Shown piece after piece: positions 1 to 12,917 of a stretch of DNA of 64,000 nucleotides. The DNA comes from Antedon mediterranea (taxonomy: Eukaryota; Animalia; Echinodermata). The notes beneath the pieces are model-generated. The model did not search any database. It was given only the letters and a program-made list of their open reading frames with translations, and was not told the DNA's origin. How positions within the stretch are numbered: position 1 is the stretch's first letter; each line of letters opens with the position of its first letter. The stretch covers positions 12,510,795 to 12,574,794 of the forward strand of contig NC_092670.1 in NCBI RefSeq assembly GCF_964355755.1, given 5' to 3'. A program made the position numbers and the translations under genes.

Positions 1-344
1 AAATTATTTATTATTAGTGATTTTACTACTTGCTTTTATTTTAAAGATTTATATATACAGACAAAATGTTGCCAGTCCTCTTTGAAATAAATTAATTTAA
101 ATAAAGTACCATACGGTACATTTACTTTACAGTTGTTTTAATGATGTTACTGTCTTTCCAAGAAGTTAAATATTTTATTCTAATATAACATACAAATAAA
201 TTTCCAATCAGACAACAATAAAAATGGAGCAAACCATTTTGTTCGAAGTTTGAAATGCGAAACATAGTACAGCGCACGAGGTAACGCCAGGTCAAAGTCT
301 CTACTGCATGAACTAACGTTGAGATGCAACCTACTAAACATAAG

Positions 345-441
345 AAAATGCCCTTCCAATACTTTGTTTGTCCCCGGCCCCGCCTGCGTGAAATCAAACC
401 TGCGATGTTTGCAGCAGCACTGTTGCGTTGTCGGTTCCTAC
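345..441 (+). mobile_element. Fragment of a sister MITE family (family B), homologous to the interior of 11615-11826
   Basis: Shares AAATGCCCTTC...GCCCCGCCTGCGTGAAATCAAACCTGCGATGTTTGCAGC...GTCGGTTCCTAC with 11666-11753. An inverted piece of the same sequence lies at 1388-1423. Confidence 0.75.
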
Positions 442-1291
442 AGCGTGGTTCCCACTAGCGACGCAACACAAGGACGTAACGCAACGCAATTGAATTGACC
501 AATCACAAGCGATGGCTTATTCGCTTGTGATTGCTAACTGTCTATAACTTCGCTTGTCATTGGTTAAAACGCTTGCGTTGCGTTTACGTCGTTGCGTTAC
601 GTTATAGTGGGAACCAAGCTTAAAGCGTGGTTCCCACTAGCGACGCAACGCAAGGATGTAACGCAATTCAAGTGAATTGACCAATCACAAGCGATGGCTT
701 ATTCGCTTGTGATTGCTAACTGTCTATATCTTCGCTTGTCATTGGTTAAGCGTGGTTCCCACTAGCGACGCAACGCAAGGACGTAACGCAACGCAAGTGA
801 ATTGACCAATCACAAGCGATGGCTTATTCGCTTGTGATTGCTAACTGTCTATAACTTCGCTTGTCATTGGTTAAAACGCTTGCGTTGCGTTTACGTCCTT
901 GCGTTACGTTCTAGTGGGAACCAAGCTTATAGCGTGGTTCCCACTAGCGACGCAACGCAAGGACGTAACGCAACGCAAGTGAATTGACCAATCACAAGCG
1001 ATGGCTTATTCGCTTGTGATTGCTAACTGTCTATAACTTCGCTTGTCATTGGTTAAAACGCTTGCGTTGCGTTTACGTCCTTGCGTTACGTTCTAGTGGG
1101 AACCAAGCTTATAGCGTGGTTCCCACTAGCGACGCAACGCAAGGACGTAACGCAACGCAAGTGAATTGACCAATCACAAGCGATGGCTTATTCGCTTGTG
1201 ATTGCTAACTGTCTATAACTTCGCTTGTCATTGGTTAAAACGCTTGCGTTGTGTTTACGTCCTTGCGTTACGTTCTAGTGGGAACCAAGCT
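442..1291. mobile_element. Tandem array of a 179-bp palindromic MITE (PIF/Harbinger-like), 4 complete units plus 1 truncated unit
   Basis: Units at 442-620, 624-748 (truncated), 749-927, 931-1109 and 1113-1291. Termini are AGCGTGGTTCCCACTAG...CTAGTGGGAACCAAGCT, with 3-bp junctions TAA, TTA or TAT. Solo copies occur at 12020-12173 and 12918-13139. The superfamily is inferred from TWA target sites. Confidence 0.85.
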
Positions 1292-1899
1292 TTAGTGGGA
1301 AACACGCTATACGTTGCATAGATTGCGTTACGTTGCGTCGCTAGTGGGAACCACGCGTAAACAGGTTTAGCGACGTAATGACGAAAAGTGGGAACCGACG
1401 ACGCAACCGTGCTGCAAACATCGATTTGTATCAGCTTTATTGCATAAAGCATGGATATGTTATCACATTGGTTAAACTACCCATGGAGGAAAAAATAAAT
1501 TAAAATTTATTTTTTCCTCCATGAACTACCTAACTACTGAAAAAAGTCTGTCTGGCTTTCATAGCGGAATTTTACCAAATGTTGAAGTTGGCTATTTATT
1601 TAAAGTACATTTAACCAAATATTATATTAAAATTCATGTCAGTACGTACTTGAGCTCCAAACATTATAGTAACAGCGACCTCTATATATTGCCGATGTTA
1701 ACCACATCCTGCATGCCACCTCCTACGTACTTTTATCGACAGGCGGCCTCCAGGCGGCCTAGCGAAACATTCATTTTCTTGTTGAGACGACTGAGGGGGA
1801 TGTGAAATTTATAGCAGAGTATTTTGGTGTCTACTCGATCTAGAAAACTCAGATCTCACATATAAAGTATCTGCGTTTTCTAGAACAAAAAAACTCACC

Positions 1900-2402
1900 T
1901 CACACCTAAATAAATTTCTGTCATTTGATGGGACGATTGTGGGTCACATGGATTGCGTGCAATAGTACGCGCTATTAAACGATCGTTTAATAGAACTTTT
2001 TAAACAGTTTTGTGTACGAAAAAAAAACGTTTCGCGGATGAAAAACAAAATCTAGTGTACAAATTACTGTGAAATATAACAGCGCCACCTGTTGTCTTGC
2101 CTCTGTTTTGTTTGTAAACACCGCTGCGATATGCAGCACCAGCAGATTTTTGTGTACGATTTGGAGATATATATATGTACTAATTTCATTCAAAAGGCAT
2201 TTAAATTAGCTTTAGATCATTTCTTTGATTTTGATTATTTAATCGAGACATCCCTACAAGACGTGGAATCGTTGGAAAAACATATTAGCCTATCAAAGTT
2301 TCGTATTGCTGCAGCCTAGTGGGCCTAGTGATGAAAGGTTATATTTCAACTCGGCTCGCGCCTCGTTGAAGTACAACCTTCCATCATTCACCTCATGCCA
2401 TT
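1900..2402. mobile_element. Crypton(V)-like non-autonomous element, partial copy
   Basis: 1900-2030 is the reverse complement of about 17390-17505. Terminal hairpin TGATGAAAGGTTATATTTCAACTCGGC-TCGC-GCCTCGTTGAA...CCTTCCATCA; a GAGGCRAAGCCGAG-type stem-loop is typical of CryptonV termini. Confidence 0.55.
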
Positions 2403-2789
2403 ATTTTTTTGTATTATTTGTGCATGGACATTTTACAAATATGACCAAATTTCAACCCTTTTATGTTTTTACATAGCTGGTTAATGACTCTATAAGATCT
2501 CGATAACACAATATATGTACATATATGAAAACATTATTGCATATTAAGTAAATTTTAAAAAGTCGATATTTTGGCCATTTCAGAAAAAAGGGAAATTTTC
2601 GAAAAATGACAAAATTTCGACCCTTTTACTTTTTGACATAACTGCAGGCTACTATACTCTATAAGATGATGATAATCGAAATTTTGGCCATTTAAAAAAA
2701 AAATCCTTGTAATATTATAGTACAGGGACATTTTCGAAAAATTACTAAATTTCGACTCTTTTATTTTTTACATAACTGGTTACTACTGT

Positions 2790-3600
2790 ATAATAAAAAT
2801 AATTTATTTGGAGATTACACTTTTACAACAGTGGCACTCGACCAAATGGAAGGTGCATCCAAGAGAAATATACAAAAAAAAAAACATGATATAGAAAATA
2901 ACAATTACAATAAAAAGTCGACGTAGGTCAACATGTCAAAACAATTCAACTACAGTAACTACAATACCATTGAACTGACACCTAAAAATACAAAATTACA
3001 AGAAATAAACATATAGAATAGGTAGGAACTGTACAATATAAAATGAATTGGGCAACAACAATGTAGACCTAACACTATAATGAGATAGATATCAATCATT
3101 TAGTGAGATAGATATCAATCATTTAGTTTGATTGATATGAACATTACTCGCCTAGAACAATACATCTGTGTGCCCAAGCTCTTTTAACATAGTGCTTACA
3201 GTAACAATCAAAGATATTTGATATGGAATCGACGTCATACATATAATGATAGTAGTTATCAGTTCCACCTAATACAAGATTTAATTTGGTGTTCAGGTCA
3301 CCAGAGATAAAATTTTCCCATACATCTAAATGATTGATATCGATTAACATATATTCTAATTTGGTATATTCTTCAATCCTTATGCCATTGAGTTGGTTAC
3401 ATGTGAATAGAAAATGTTGAATGTCTTCTAAACCATTCTTACACATTTTACAGATACCATCATATTCAGGAAGCCACTTACAACTCCTGTGACCTAAAGG
3501 AAGGGTGTTAGAACGTAGTTTGAATTTGAGGCTAGATCCTAGAAAGTCTGTACAATCCAATAAATATTTTTCAAGGCACGGATTAGAATTAATAAGAGAG
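2790..3600 (-). mobile_element. 5'-truncated non-LTR retrotransposon (LINE) 3' end: ORF2 C-terminus plus 3' UTR and tail
   Basis: ORF 3144-3647 contains a CxxC...EDxxHFLxxC zinc-knuckle motif typical of LINE ORF2 C-termini. It is followed by an AT-rich UTR ending TTGGATGCACC...AATAAA. A paralogous piece lies at 19150-19770. It interrupts a host repeat with CTCTATAAGATGATGATAA subunits (about 2420-2790 and 3600-3960). Confidence 0.75.
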
Positions 3601-4016
3601 TATGTCTCAATAAGATGATGATAACGTAATATGTGAATATATGGCAATATTATTGCATATTAAAGATGTATTGTCCCTTTGACTAATTCCAACAAAATAA
3701 AAAATAAAAGATATTGAAAAAAGTGGGTCATTTTGAAGTATTATAATAGTTATAGTTACAGACTATCAAAAAATTAGTTTTTAAAAAATCATTTAACTGA
3801 AATACAGACATTTTTTGTTACTATGACTCTATAAAATGATGATAACGCAATGTGCATGTATGGCAATATTATTGCATAATAAGTGAGTTTGATATTTTGG
3901 CCAATGTTATGAAAAAAACACTTGTACTATAATAGTACTGTACAGGGAAATTTTAGTACAGGAAAACCACACATGCAATGCAATGCTGCCACCACAACAA
4001 GCACCAACAACAGGGC

Positions 4017-4196
4017 TATAAATATATTATGTTGGTTCATTGACTCTGCAACATGACACCAGCATCGCTTCCCTAATCAGTAATACCCGTGCTGTGCGAT
4101 GTATTTAAACAATTGTTTCATCTTCCAGATTGAGTAAACCATCTTACATTTACAATAGAAAAAGTGAACAATTGAAGACTATCAACAGAGACCGAG
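4017..4196 (+). promoter_or_regulatory. Candidate TATA box and non-coding first exon of the PTCHD3-like gene
   Basis: TATAAATA at 4017-4024 and a strong donor GAG|GTAAGG at 4196/4197. The coding exon has an acceptor TTTCAG| only 7 nt before the ATG, which implies an upstream UTR exon. Confidence 0.35.
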
Positions 4197-5328
4197 GTAA
4201 GGTAATGTTTTTATGTTTCTGGTGACAACATGAAATTATGATAATATTAATGATGAGGTGATAGTGATGGCAACAATGATGATGACGAAGATAATGATTA
4301 TTGAGTTCAATATGTAATGTGTAGTTACAACAATGATGATGATAGATGTATAGAATACATAAATATAGATTTGATGGCGCCGATTTGAATAGGCAAATTT
4401 GCAGTTTAAATGAAGATAATCACTTTCGTAGAAAAAAAAATTAAAAAAAGATTTTTTGTTCAAAGTGAAGAAAAAAAAAATTTCTGAAATTTATTAAAAT
4501 GGATATTGAAAAACTATTTTAGGGAGACGATATACTTCTTTAACAGAGGGTGAAAATTGAAAACTTTTCTAATAATTCAATGAAATAGTTGAAGCATGGA
4601 GGTATAAAATGTTATACCTCCATGGTTGAAGTAGGCATACCAACGGATCCAGGATGTTGGGCAAAGGATGAATAAACGGGGTATGACCACACTAATCCAT
4701 ATTGTACAACAGCACGAAGCACCCATCGTTCATACAAAACTAAAGTTCTAACTTGTGTACAATAAGCCTATGCAAGTTCAATTATGTTTCTATAGTAATA
4801 CAATTACAATGTGTATCCTTATGTACGGTAGCAAGAAAGTTTGATTTATTATTTTGACCTATGGAATGCAAAAACGGGAAGAAATACCTGAGGTATGGTA
4901 CGCCATAAACGTCTCTTAAACAGTTTGAGCTATAAACATTTTCTACAATAATATCCGGTTTGTCTCACAACTAAATACCTTTATAGTATTAAAATAAAAA
5001 TGTATTGCAACACAGGAATGTTTGAATATGTCTCATAATTAAAGAGGAGATCTGAAAATCAAGAAGATAATATTTTTAAAAAGAAATAATAATCTTGGCA
5101 CATCTTATATATATAGTGAATATACGAAAACAAACAATAGATGTTATGTTGTAAATACTTTTATTAAAATCATTCGTAACATTTTAAAAAATCGTACAGT
5201 ACATACATAAGTCAAAGGCTGAACAATTATGCAATGACAATGTCCAAAGAACCATACAACCACACGGCAAAAACAAGTTATTAACAATAAAAGAATTACT
5301 GCAATTTTCATCTTATTTCAGGATAATT

Positions 5329-8300
5329 ATGGTAAAATTCAACTGCATTGAACGACCTCTGAAAAGAGCGTATGCTAGATACGGTCGCTTCATATCCCAT
5401 CACCCATTCGTATTCTTAATATTGCCTGTTATTCTTGCTGGTGGTCTTGGAACTGGAATATTATTTCTAGAGAAAGAATCAGACACTGAGTATTTGTTCA
5501 CCCCAAGAAATGGAAGAGCAGTTGCCGAAAGGAGAGAAGTCGAAACGATATTCGACGGTAATCTCCAAGACGGACAACTTCCAACCAGACTTACGCATTT
5601 CGGACGCTATGGAAGAGCTATTGTCGTTGCTAAAGATAATTTGAATATTCTTAAGGAGGACGTGTTTGCTGACGTTCAGAGATTAAATACAGAAATACTA
5701 AACATAGTAATTTTAGACGAAAAAAATCATCAGGTTAGTTTTACTGATGTCTGCCTAATGTGGCAATATGAATGCATTGCGAATGACATTTTCGAAGTCT
5801 TTAATGACACGAATAATTACCAAGATTCTATAACATACCCGTATTGGGTTTCTACCGAAAAGAATAAAGTTTATTTTCTAGGCTCTGCAATTGGAGGAGT
5901 AATTCTTGAGAGCAACACGAGTGTGATCCTGAGTGGTGAAGCTTTACAGCTTCAGTATTTTCTTCGTGATGATTCAGACACCAATGAATTGTCTTCAGAC
6001 TGGGAAGATGCTTTCTTAGTCTTGTTGGAAACGTTCCAATCTAAAGTTGTTGACGTTACTCGCTACACATCCCATTCACTTGAACAAGAACTGAATAAAG
6101 CTAGCGGGCAAGTATTTGGAATGTTTACCATTGCATTTACCCTGATTATCAATTTCTCTATCTGGTCGTGTACAAAGCTAGATTGGGTACAGAATAAGCC
6201 GTGGCTGGCATGTCTTGGAGTTCTGTCTGCAGGACTCGCCATCCTAAGTGCGTTTGGAGTCATGGGATTCTGCGGTATTCCTTTCATTGACGTCGTGGCA
6301 AGTACACCCATTTTGATTCTTAGTAAGTACACACAGTATTTGTATTAGTATAAATCATGTTTTGACTTCTATGTTATAATTTTAAACTTACGAGTTAAGT
6401 TGTCACTGCATGCTATTGATCGAATTTTACAGCTTGTTGCCAGTGTAGTGAAATGTGTATTTTGAAGATATTTTAGAGATGAGATTAAGCGGCTTTCATC
6501 TGTTCATTTTCTCTTTTGTCATCTCTTATGCCCTTAAAAGTATCTTTATCATTCTTAAATATTTTCTTAGCCTTTTTCCATATACATTTTTGGTCTCACT
6601 CTTGCCAAATACTCGCTAGATTAACAATGGTGAAATAAAATAGTTATTTTGTTGGTGTTTCTTCAGGTATCGGTGTAGATGACATGTTTATAATGCTGTG
6701 TTCTTGGCGAAGAACGAACATCCGGTCCAGCGTCGAAGATCGAATGTCAGAAACCCTCAGCGAAGCCGCTCTGTCCATCACAATAACATCGCTTACAGAC
6801 GCCCTCGCTTTCGGTGTTGGGACTATAACACAGTTTCCATCTGTTCAGATTTTCTGCATTTTCACTGGTGTTGCTGTTCTCTTCGACTACTTCTACCAGG
6901 TTACATTCTTTGCTGCGGCAATGGTATTGACTGGTCGCAGAGAAGCTGCAAACAGACACTGTTCAGGCTGCAATGTAGTTCTCCCGTTGGACGAAGCACC
7001 AAGTACATCTTATAAAATCTTCTGCGCAGGTGGGCCATCACGTAAAACGCTTAACCATCAATCAGAAGACTCTGCACACGCGGTCATGTTGATATTCCGA
7101 AATTATTTTGCACCATTCGTTTGCCATCATGTTGTTAAATTTCTAACAATTTTATTTTACTGTGTATATCTGGCCTTCTCCATATTTGGAGTTACACAAA
7201 TTGAAGAAGGTCTTGAATTGAGAAATATTGCGTCAGATCAATCATATGTCGTCCCGTTTTATGACTATGAAACCCAATATTTTAAAAATTACGGCCCGGC
7301 TGTTGCTGTAATTTTTGACGATGAGTATGAATATTGGAAACCATCTACACAAAATGAGCTGGACGCGGTAGTAAAAAAATTCGAAAATAGTGAGTATACA
7401 TTTGATGATGAATACACATCATGGTGGTTACGGGATTATCTAGATTACCTCGAAATTCTTAAAATTAAAGACCCGCCTAAAGATGTTTTCCTTCACATAC
7501 TTGAAAAAGAGTTTTTGAAATTCGAAATGTTCCAACAATATTCTTTAGACTTAGTTTTTAATGAAGATACTACTTCAATTAAAGCATCGCGATTCTATGT
7601 TCTAACTCGTTACGTCACAAATTCTAGCATGGAAACCGCCATGATGAACGCTATGAGAGAAATAGCAGACGATGTGGATGTAACAGTGTATCATCCGTCA
7701 TTTACATTTACCGATCAATACGAAGCTGTCTTGCCAAACACCATACAGAACTTAGGCATTGCCATAGCGGCAATGTTTGTAGTGGCTTTGTTGCTGATTC
7801 CACAGCCTGTCTGCGCACTGTGGGTTACGTTCTCGATCATATCAATGGAAGTCGGCGTTGTTGGGCTAATGTCTTTCTGGGATGTCAAGCTAGATTCAGT
7901 GTCTATGATTAACATCATCCTTTGTATAGGGTTTAGCGTCGACTTCTCTGCACATATTGCGTATGCATTTTCTGTAGCTAACGGATCAACCAATAACGAC
8001 AGGGCCAAGGAAGCGTTTTACGCTCTCGGAATGCCGATTGCCCAAGGTGCGTGCTCGACACTACTTGGAATAGTTGTTCTGACGTCATCTGACGTATATA
8101 TATTCCGCACCTTCTTTAAGACTCTTTTCCTCGTTATGACATTAGGTGTTTTTCACAGTCTTTTCGTACTACCTGTTCTTTTGATGTTATTCACCCCGCA
8201 GTCGTGTGCGAAGACAGAGTTAACTCCGCAAGTTGCACCAGTCACTTGTAGATCCCTTCATGTTGACGTTCTGCGGCCAGACGGGCCGTCACCGACCTTA

Positions 8301-8435
8301 TCTCATAAAAACACAATGGAAATGAACTGCAAACAAAATATAGATGCTGTATTAGTAGACAACGACGCACAAGAGCCTGTAACTGATACATCCTCCGCAG
8401 ATGGTAAAGTTAACCCAACGTTTGAAGAAGAATAA
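5329..8435 (+). CDS. PTCHD3: Patched domain-containing protein 3-like (patched-related, sterol-sensing/RND family), about 920 aa, 2 coding exons
   Basis: Exons 5329-6322 and 6667-8435 (phase 1, A|GTAAGT...TTCAG|GT) join in frame to give ILIL-S-IGVDDMF. Motifs include SITITSLTD, GFSVDFSAH and twelve-TM hydrophobic pattern. 2763 nt including stop. Exact orthology within PTCHD/Ptr is not resolved. Confidence 0.9.
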
Positions 8436-10690
8436 ACCATACACATGTTCGTTAAACGCACGCGGTAGGATTCTACGTTATATTCACTGACAGGCCTTAT
8501 ACTCTCCTTGTAAGAATAGTGCCGAAGTTAATCAACCACCAAATGTTCCGTAAATTAAAATCAAGTCCGGATTTTAATTACGAGCACCGCTATTTTCCAT
8601 TTTATAAGATAAAAATATAAATTTTTACTTAAAAATCAAGAAACAAAATCTGTATTTAGAAAATTACACTAAATGAAAACAATGTTTAGTTCAATACACG
8701 CAACAACAAAAAACCGAAACAAAACAAGAAAACAATAAACTATGAAGGAAAATGGAAATACTGTAATTGGTTGTATGTACACTACAAAAGAATTACCAGC
8801 AAGTCTAAAATTACGTTCTAATTTTTAGCAAGGTTTGAGACTAAAATTAAACTGGTCACATAGCATTATGTACGTCAGCTTGTAAAAAATGACGTTAAAT
8901 ATACGGAAAACACTCGAAAACAGAACGACTAACAATATAAAAAAGACAATAACTACAGCGTGGGGCAAGTCTAGCTGGTGAACCAGACAAAATATCTTTT
9001 TCGATTTAATATAATAGTAAAAATATAAATATTTTGGCACATATCGCGTATAATACTTGAGCTCACATCTGTATTCTACAGATTTGGAGCAGGTATATGT
9101 CTAATACGTCAACGTAAGGAAAAGGAATTCCCGGATTATCTCGAGCATACGGACATGTGGCCAAAGTTAGATAGATTACAATGATTGCATGATGTCTAGG
9201 CCCATATATAGTGCTTTACAACGCCTCTTTGTACAACGTGTTTAACTGCATTCCAATTTAAACGTCAGCCATATGGCAAAAACGGGAAAATATGAGGTTA
9301 GAATTGGTCGACAAGGTCAATTTAAATATGTACATTAACAGTTTAAGTGCTAAATGTTGGTACACCACAAATCATAGATAAAAGAATATAGTTTATAATC
9401 GATATATATTACGAGGAACAGAAGGTAGGAGAGGTAGGGAAGCAGGTTCCCGGTGGGGATCGAAGCTTCACCTCAACCGTGTTTGACGTGGACCCTTCCC
9501 CTACCCCTCGTCCCGGCGCCATCGCTGAAAATAAGGTTAAAGATTTGAGTATAGGAACACAGTTTTTATTAAAACATTTTTACGAGCAAAAGAAACTGGT
9601 TTTCAATTCCTTTTAGGCATAAACAGTACTGTATACAATAAACACGTTACAAATCATAAACTTAACATTCCATTTACGAAACACAGACCTATCTAGTGAT
9701 TTTGTTGCCATAACGACCGTTGTAACTTTGTAAGCTATCTTTAAAGGTCGGTTGTCATACCGACAAGAAGAAAACAAAACAACTTAATGCTTCTCAAATA
9801 ACATTTAGGCCTATTCCCTTTTGCATACATAAACAAACGCGTTTTCAATAAACGCATTTTTTTAACAGTAAAATGGTTCATTAGGCACAAGTACAGTACT
9901 ATAGTACACTGTAACAGGAAGAAGCCACTGTAGACCTACGGATACCGTGCGGCCATAAAGCAACAAAAATAGTGTTTGCTGTTCCACGGTGCAACTAAGG
10001 CACCATGAACTATATTCCAAACAATATAAAACCACATTCAATAAATTGTCGTAAAAAAATATTTTCTTTTTCCACTCCTTTTATTGGACTTTTATAATTG
10101 TTATCTATTCTGTATTATTTTGTATTTCCTTTGGAATATCTTATTTAGTACCTTTTTTTAATGTTTTCGTTAATAATGTACATTATTTAATCCGTGATCC
10201 ACTGTAAAGTTTACTATGCTGATACTGAAATTTATCACGTAAACATAATATTGTGTAGGCCTAACTGTATACTACTTGTATTATTTTTAAGCTTCGTTCA
10301 GCCGTGAATAATTCATTACAGATCGTGTTTTGTTTTCATTATAACATATAACATTTTAATATAGCAGTATATAAATATTTATATACTGTAGTAGCATTGT
10401 TTACTGAAACCTAAACTAAAAAAAAATAATAAAATGAATTAGGTGACTAGCTACATGATACAGGAAAATGGTAATACTTGTTTAAATGTTCAATTAAAAA
10501 TAAATTTAATTAAATTTTGAGAAAAATGACTATGAAATTTAATCAAATCACAGCATTTTTATCATGAATTTGCGTCAGCAGAAATTTGAGCTGAGCTGAT
10601 TTAATGAATAATTTTTAATATTTATGATGTTTGTCGGCAGTAAATAATTAGAATAAAGAGGAAGGTATGCGAGTAAGATTATACCTTTAA

Positions 10691-11013
10691 AAGATATATT
10701 GTCCCCCAAAAACATGAAAAATGAAGATTAATTAAATCAGACTTTGAATAGGTAATTTTGTAGTTTTAATAAAGTTAATCACTTCCGTAAAAAACGGAAA
10801 AAATAATGTTTTCTCAAAATAAATGGTCAAATTCAAACAAAAACCCACTGACTGGCCGCCATTTTTTTTGCTTTAAATTACAGTTTTTCAGGTAAATAAT
10901 TTCGATTCAATTATTATTATATATAATTATATTATTTATTATTATTATGTGACATTAAAATGCATGGCATATTAACAAATAAAAATATATTTTGTCAAGG
11001 GCACAATACATCT
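10691..11013. mobile_element. Kolobok-like MITE (TTAA-flanked)
   Basis: TTAA-AAGATATATTGTCCC...GGGCACAATACATCT-TTAA. The interior is homologous to about 17808-18126 and 18570-18740. The same terminus AAAGATGTATTGTCC also occurs near 3662 and 43573. Confidence 0.65.
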
Positions 11014-11257
11014 TTAAAATTAAAAGTAAAAAGGTTTTCTGATAGTGTTACTGTAAAATAATGCTAGTAAACAAGATAACTTCCTCGTAATACTAAACTA
11101 ATATACTAAACATCCATCTTTCTTTCATTTTTCTTTTCTTATTTTCTCACTTCCGCTCTGACATTTTGCGCATAACAATACTATAAATTAAAAAAAAATT
11201 ATTATGATATAGGGCCTAGATGCACGAGAATCCGTGACGATACAGTAACTATGAGTA

Positions 11258-11923
11258 CCGTAAATCTTCTAATTGTAACCCTGGGTTATTATTCTTTGAT
11301 TGTTTTTTAGAGTGGGTTACTATTAGAAGGGGGATTACTATTAGAGTAGTGGGTTACTATTACTAATCTTAAATTAGGCACCTGAAATAGTAACCCACCT
11401 CAACTTTTCCGGCCAGCAAATCATAGAAAAATAATAAAACAGTTCGAATAAATAATTTGTTTGAACTCTAACTTTATTTTATAAACTCAAAAACACTCAA
11501 TCCTCCCCACTCCCGAGATCAACATGCATTATCTCCTTGTTTTCAAAATACGGCTGCATCGTAAACGACCAGACTTCATAAATGTCATTTTGTCAATAGT
11601 TTTTGTGACTCTTAAGCGTGGTTCCCACTAGCGACGCCAACGTAACGTAATATACGCAACGTAATCAAATGCCCTTCTAATAATTGTGTTTGCCCCGCCT
11701 GCGTGAAATCAAACCTGCGATGTTTGCAGCACTGATGCGTCGTCGGTTCCTACTTGTAATTACGCAATACAGCACTTTGCGTCGATACGTCACTGCGTTA
11801 CGTAGCGTTCTAGTGGGAACCACGCTTTAGAGTAGTAGGTTATTATTATAGATTGACTTATAAGGTGGGTTACTATTATAAGGGAGGTTACTATTAGAGA
11901 GTGGGTTATTAGAAGATTCACGG
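11258..11923. mobile_element. Tc1/mariner (Tc2/pogo-like) MITE with TA TSD, carrying a nested insertion
   Basis: TA-CCGTAAATCTTCTAAT...ATTAGAAGATTCACGG-TA (16-bp TIR, 1 mismatch) with repeated GGGTTACTATT subterminal motifs. Confidence 0.75.
11615..11826. mobile_element. Harbinger-like MITE family B nested in the Tc1/mariner MITE
   Basis: Same TIRs as the array unit but a different interior. Exact TTA duplication at 11612-11614 and 11827-11829. Confidence 0.8.
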
Positions 11924-12019
11924 TATGTACTCTTGTGTTGTATGACGGTTGGACGGCTTGGAGATGTTTTATAAAATGAATTTGGCGTACATAAATTCGT
12001 ACCATGCGTTTTATCATAA

Positions 12020-12173
12020 AGCTTGGTTCCCACTAGAACGTAACGCAAGGACGTAAACGCAACGCAACCGTTTTAACCAATAATCACAAGCGAATAAGCC
12101 ATCGCTTGTGATTGGTCAATTCACTTGCGTTGCCGTTACGTCCTTGTGTTGCGTCGCTAGTGGGAACCACGCT
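12020..12173 (-). mobile_element. Solo, internally deleted copy of the 179-bp MITE
   Basis: TAA-AGCTTGGTTCCCACTAG...CTAGTGGGAACCACGCT-TTA. Confidence 0.8.
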
Positions 12174-12917
12174 TTAGTGATAATATAATAACTATCTATA
12201 TTGTTTTTTTTAAAGAGAGAGACATTGATGTAATTTCACTATTTCTTGTTGTTTTTCTCTTACAACTTGCAAATGATTTTTGTAAAACACAACAAAATAC
12301 AGTAAACTCAATTTAGGTAAAAATAAACAAGTCGATTGCTAGCGAATATATTAGGCCTACAGACCCGGACAAAACATTATTTTTCTCAAAAATGCGTCGA
12401 TGTTATATTTCAATTCGTTACAATTCTATTATGACTGATTTAAGTACACTGAGTACACACGAGTCTGTAACGTTGAAAGATGAGAATGGTTATAGGCATG
12501 TAGGCCTACGTTTTAATTTGGATATCTGCGTGAAACATACCGATGCCACGTGGAGAACTTACGCCTTAATCGTAGGCACACGCGAGACGGATATATCTGA
12601 AAATACTCATTTCATCCGGGTCGCCATGTTCGTGATATATAGGTCAGGTATGTATTCGTTTGATGTTTGTTTCGATTGGGTTTATTTTTAGCAAATTAGT
12701 ACTTTACCTTAACAAACTCCAATGTTCTTTTATTTTCAGTGAAAGTGAATATAAATATTATAAATTAAGACTATTTAAGATGTGTTCACACGTACTAGAA
12801 TATAACGAAGCTGATTTGAACTAATGTCCGAGTTAAAATCGAGTGAGTGCTCGTGTTAATTATCTTATACTCCAATACAACTCCGATGTACTGACGTACC
12901 TCCGATATAACTACTAA

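Noticed and set aside
442-1291. CRISPR-like regularly spaced repeats
   Set aside because: The units are near-identical over their whole length with no unique spacers, there are no cas genes, the context is eukaryotic, and solo copies with TIRs occur elsewhere.
3144-3647. 167-aa ORF as a host gene
   Set aside because: It is a LINE ORF2 C-terminal remnant, and its first ~16 codons come from the flanking host repeat.
6684-8435. Two separate patched-like genes (339 aa and 583 aa)
   Set aside because: They splice in frame through a canonical 344-bp intron into one protein.
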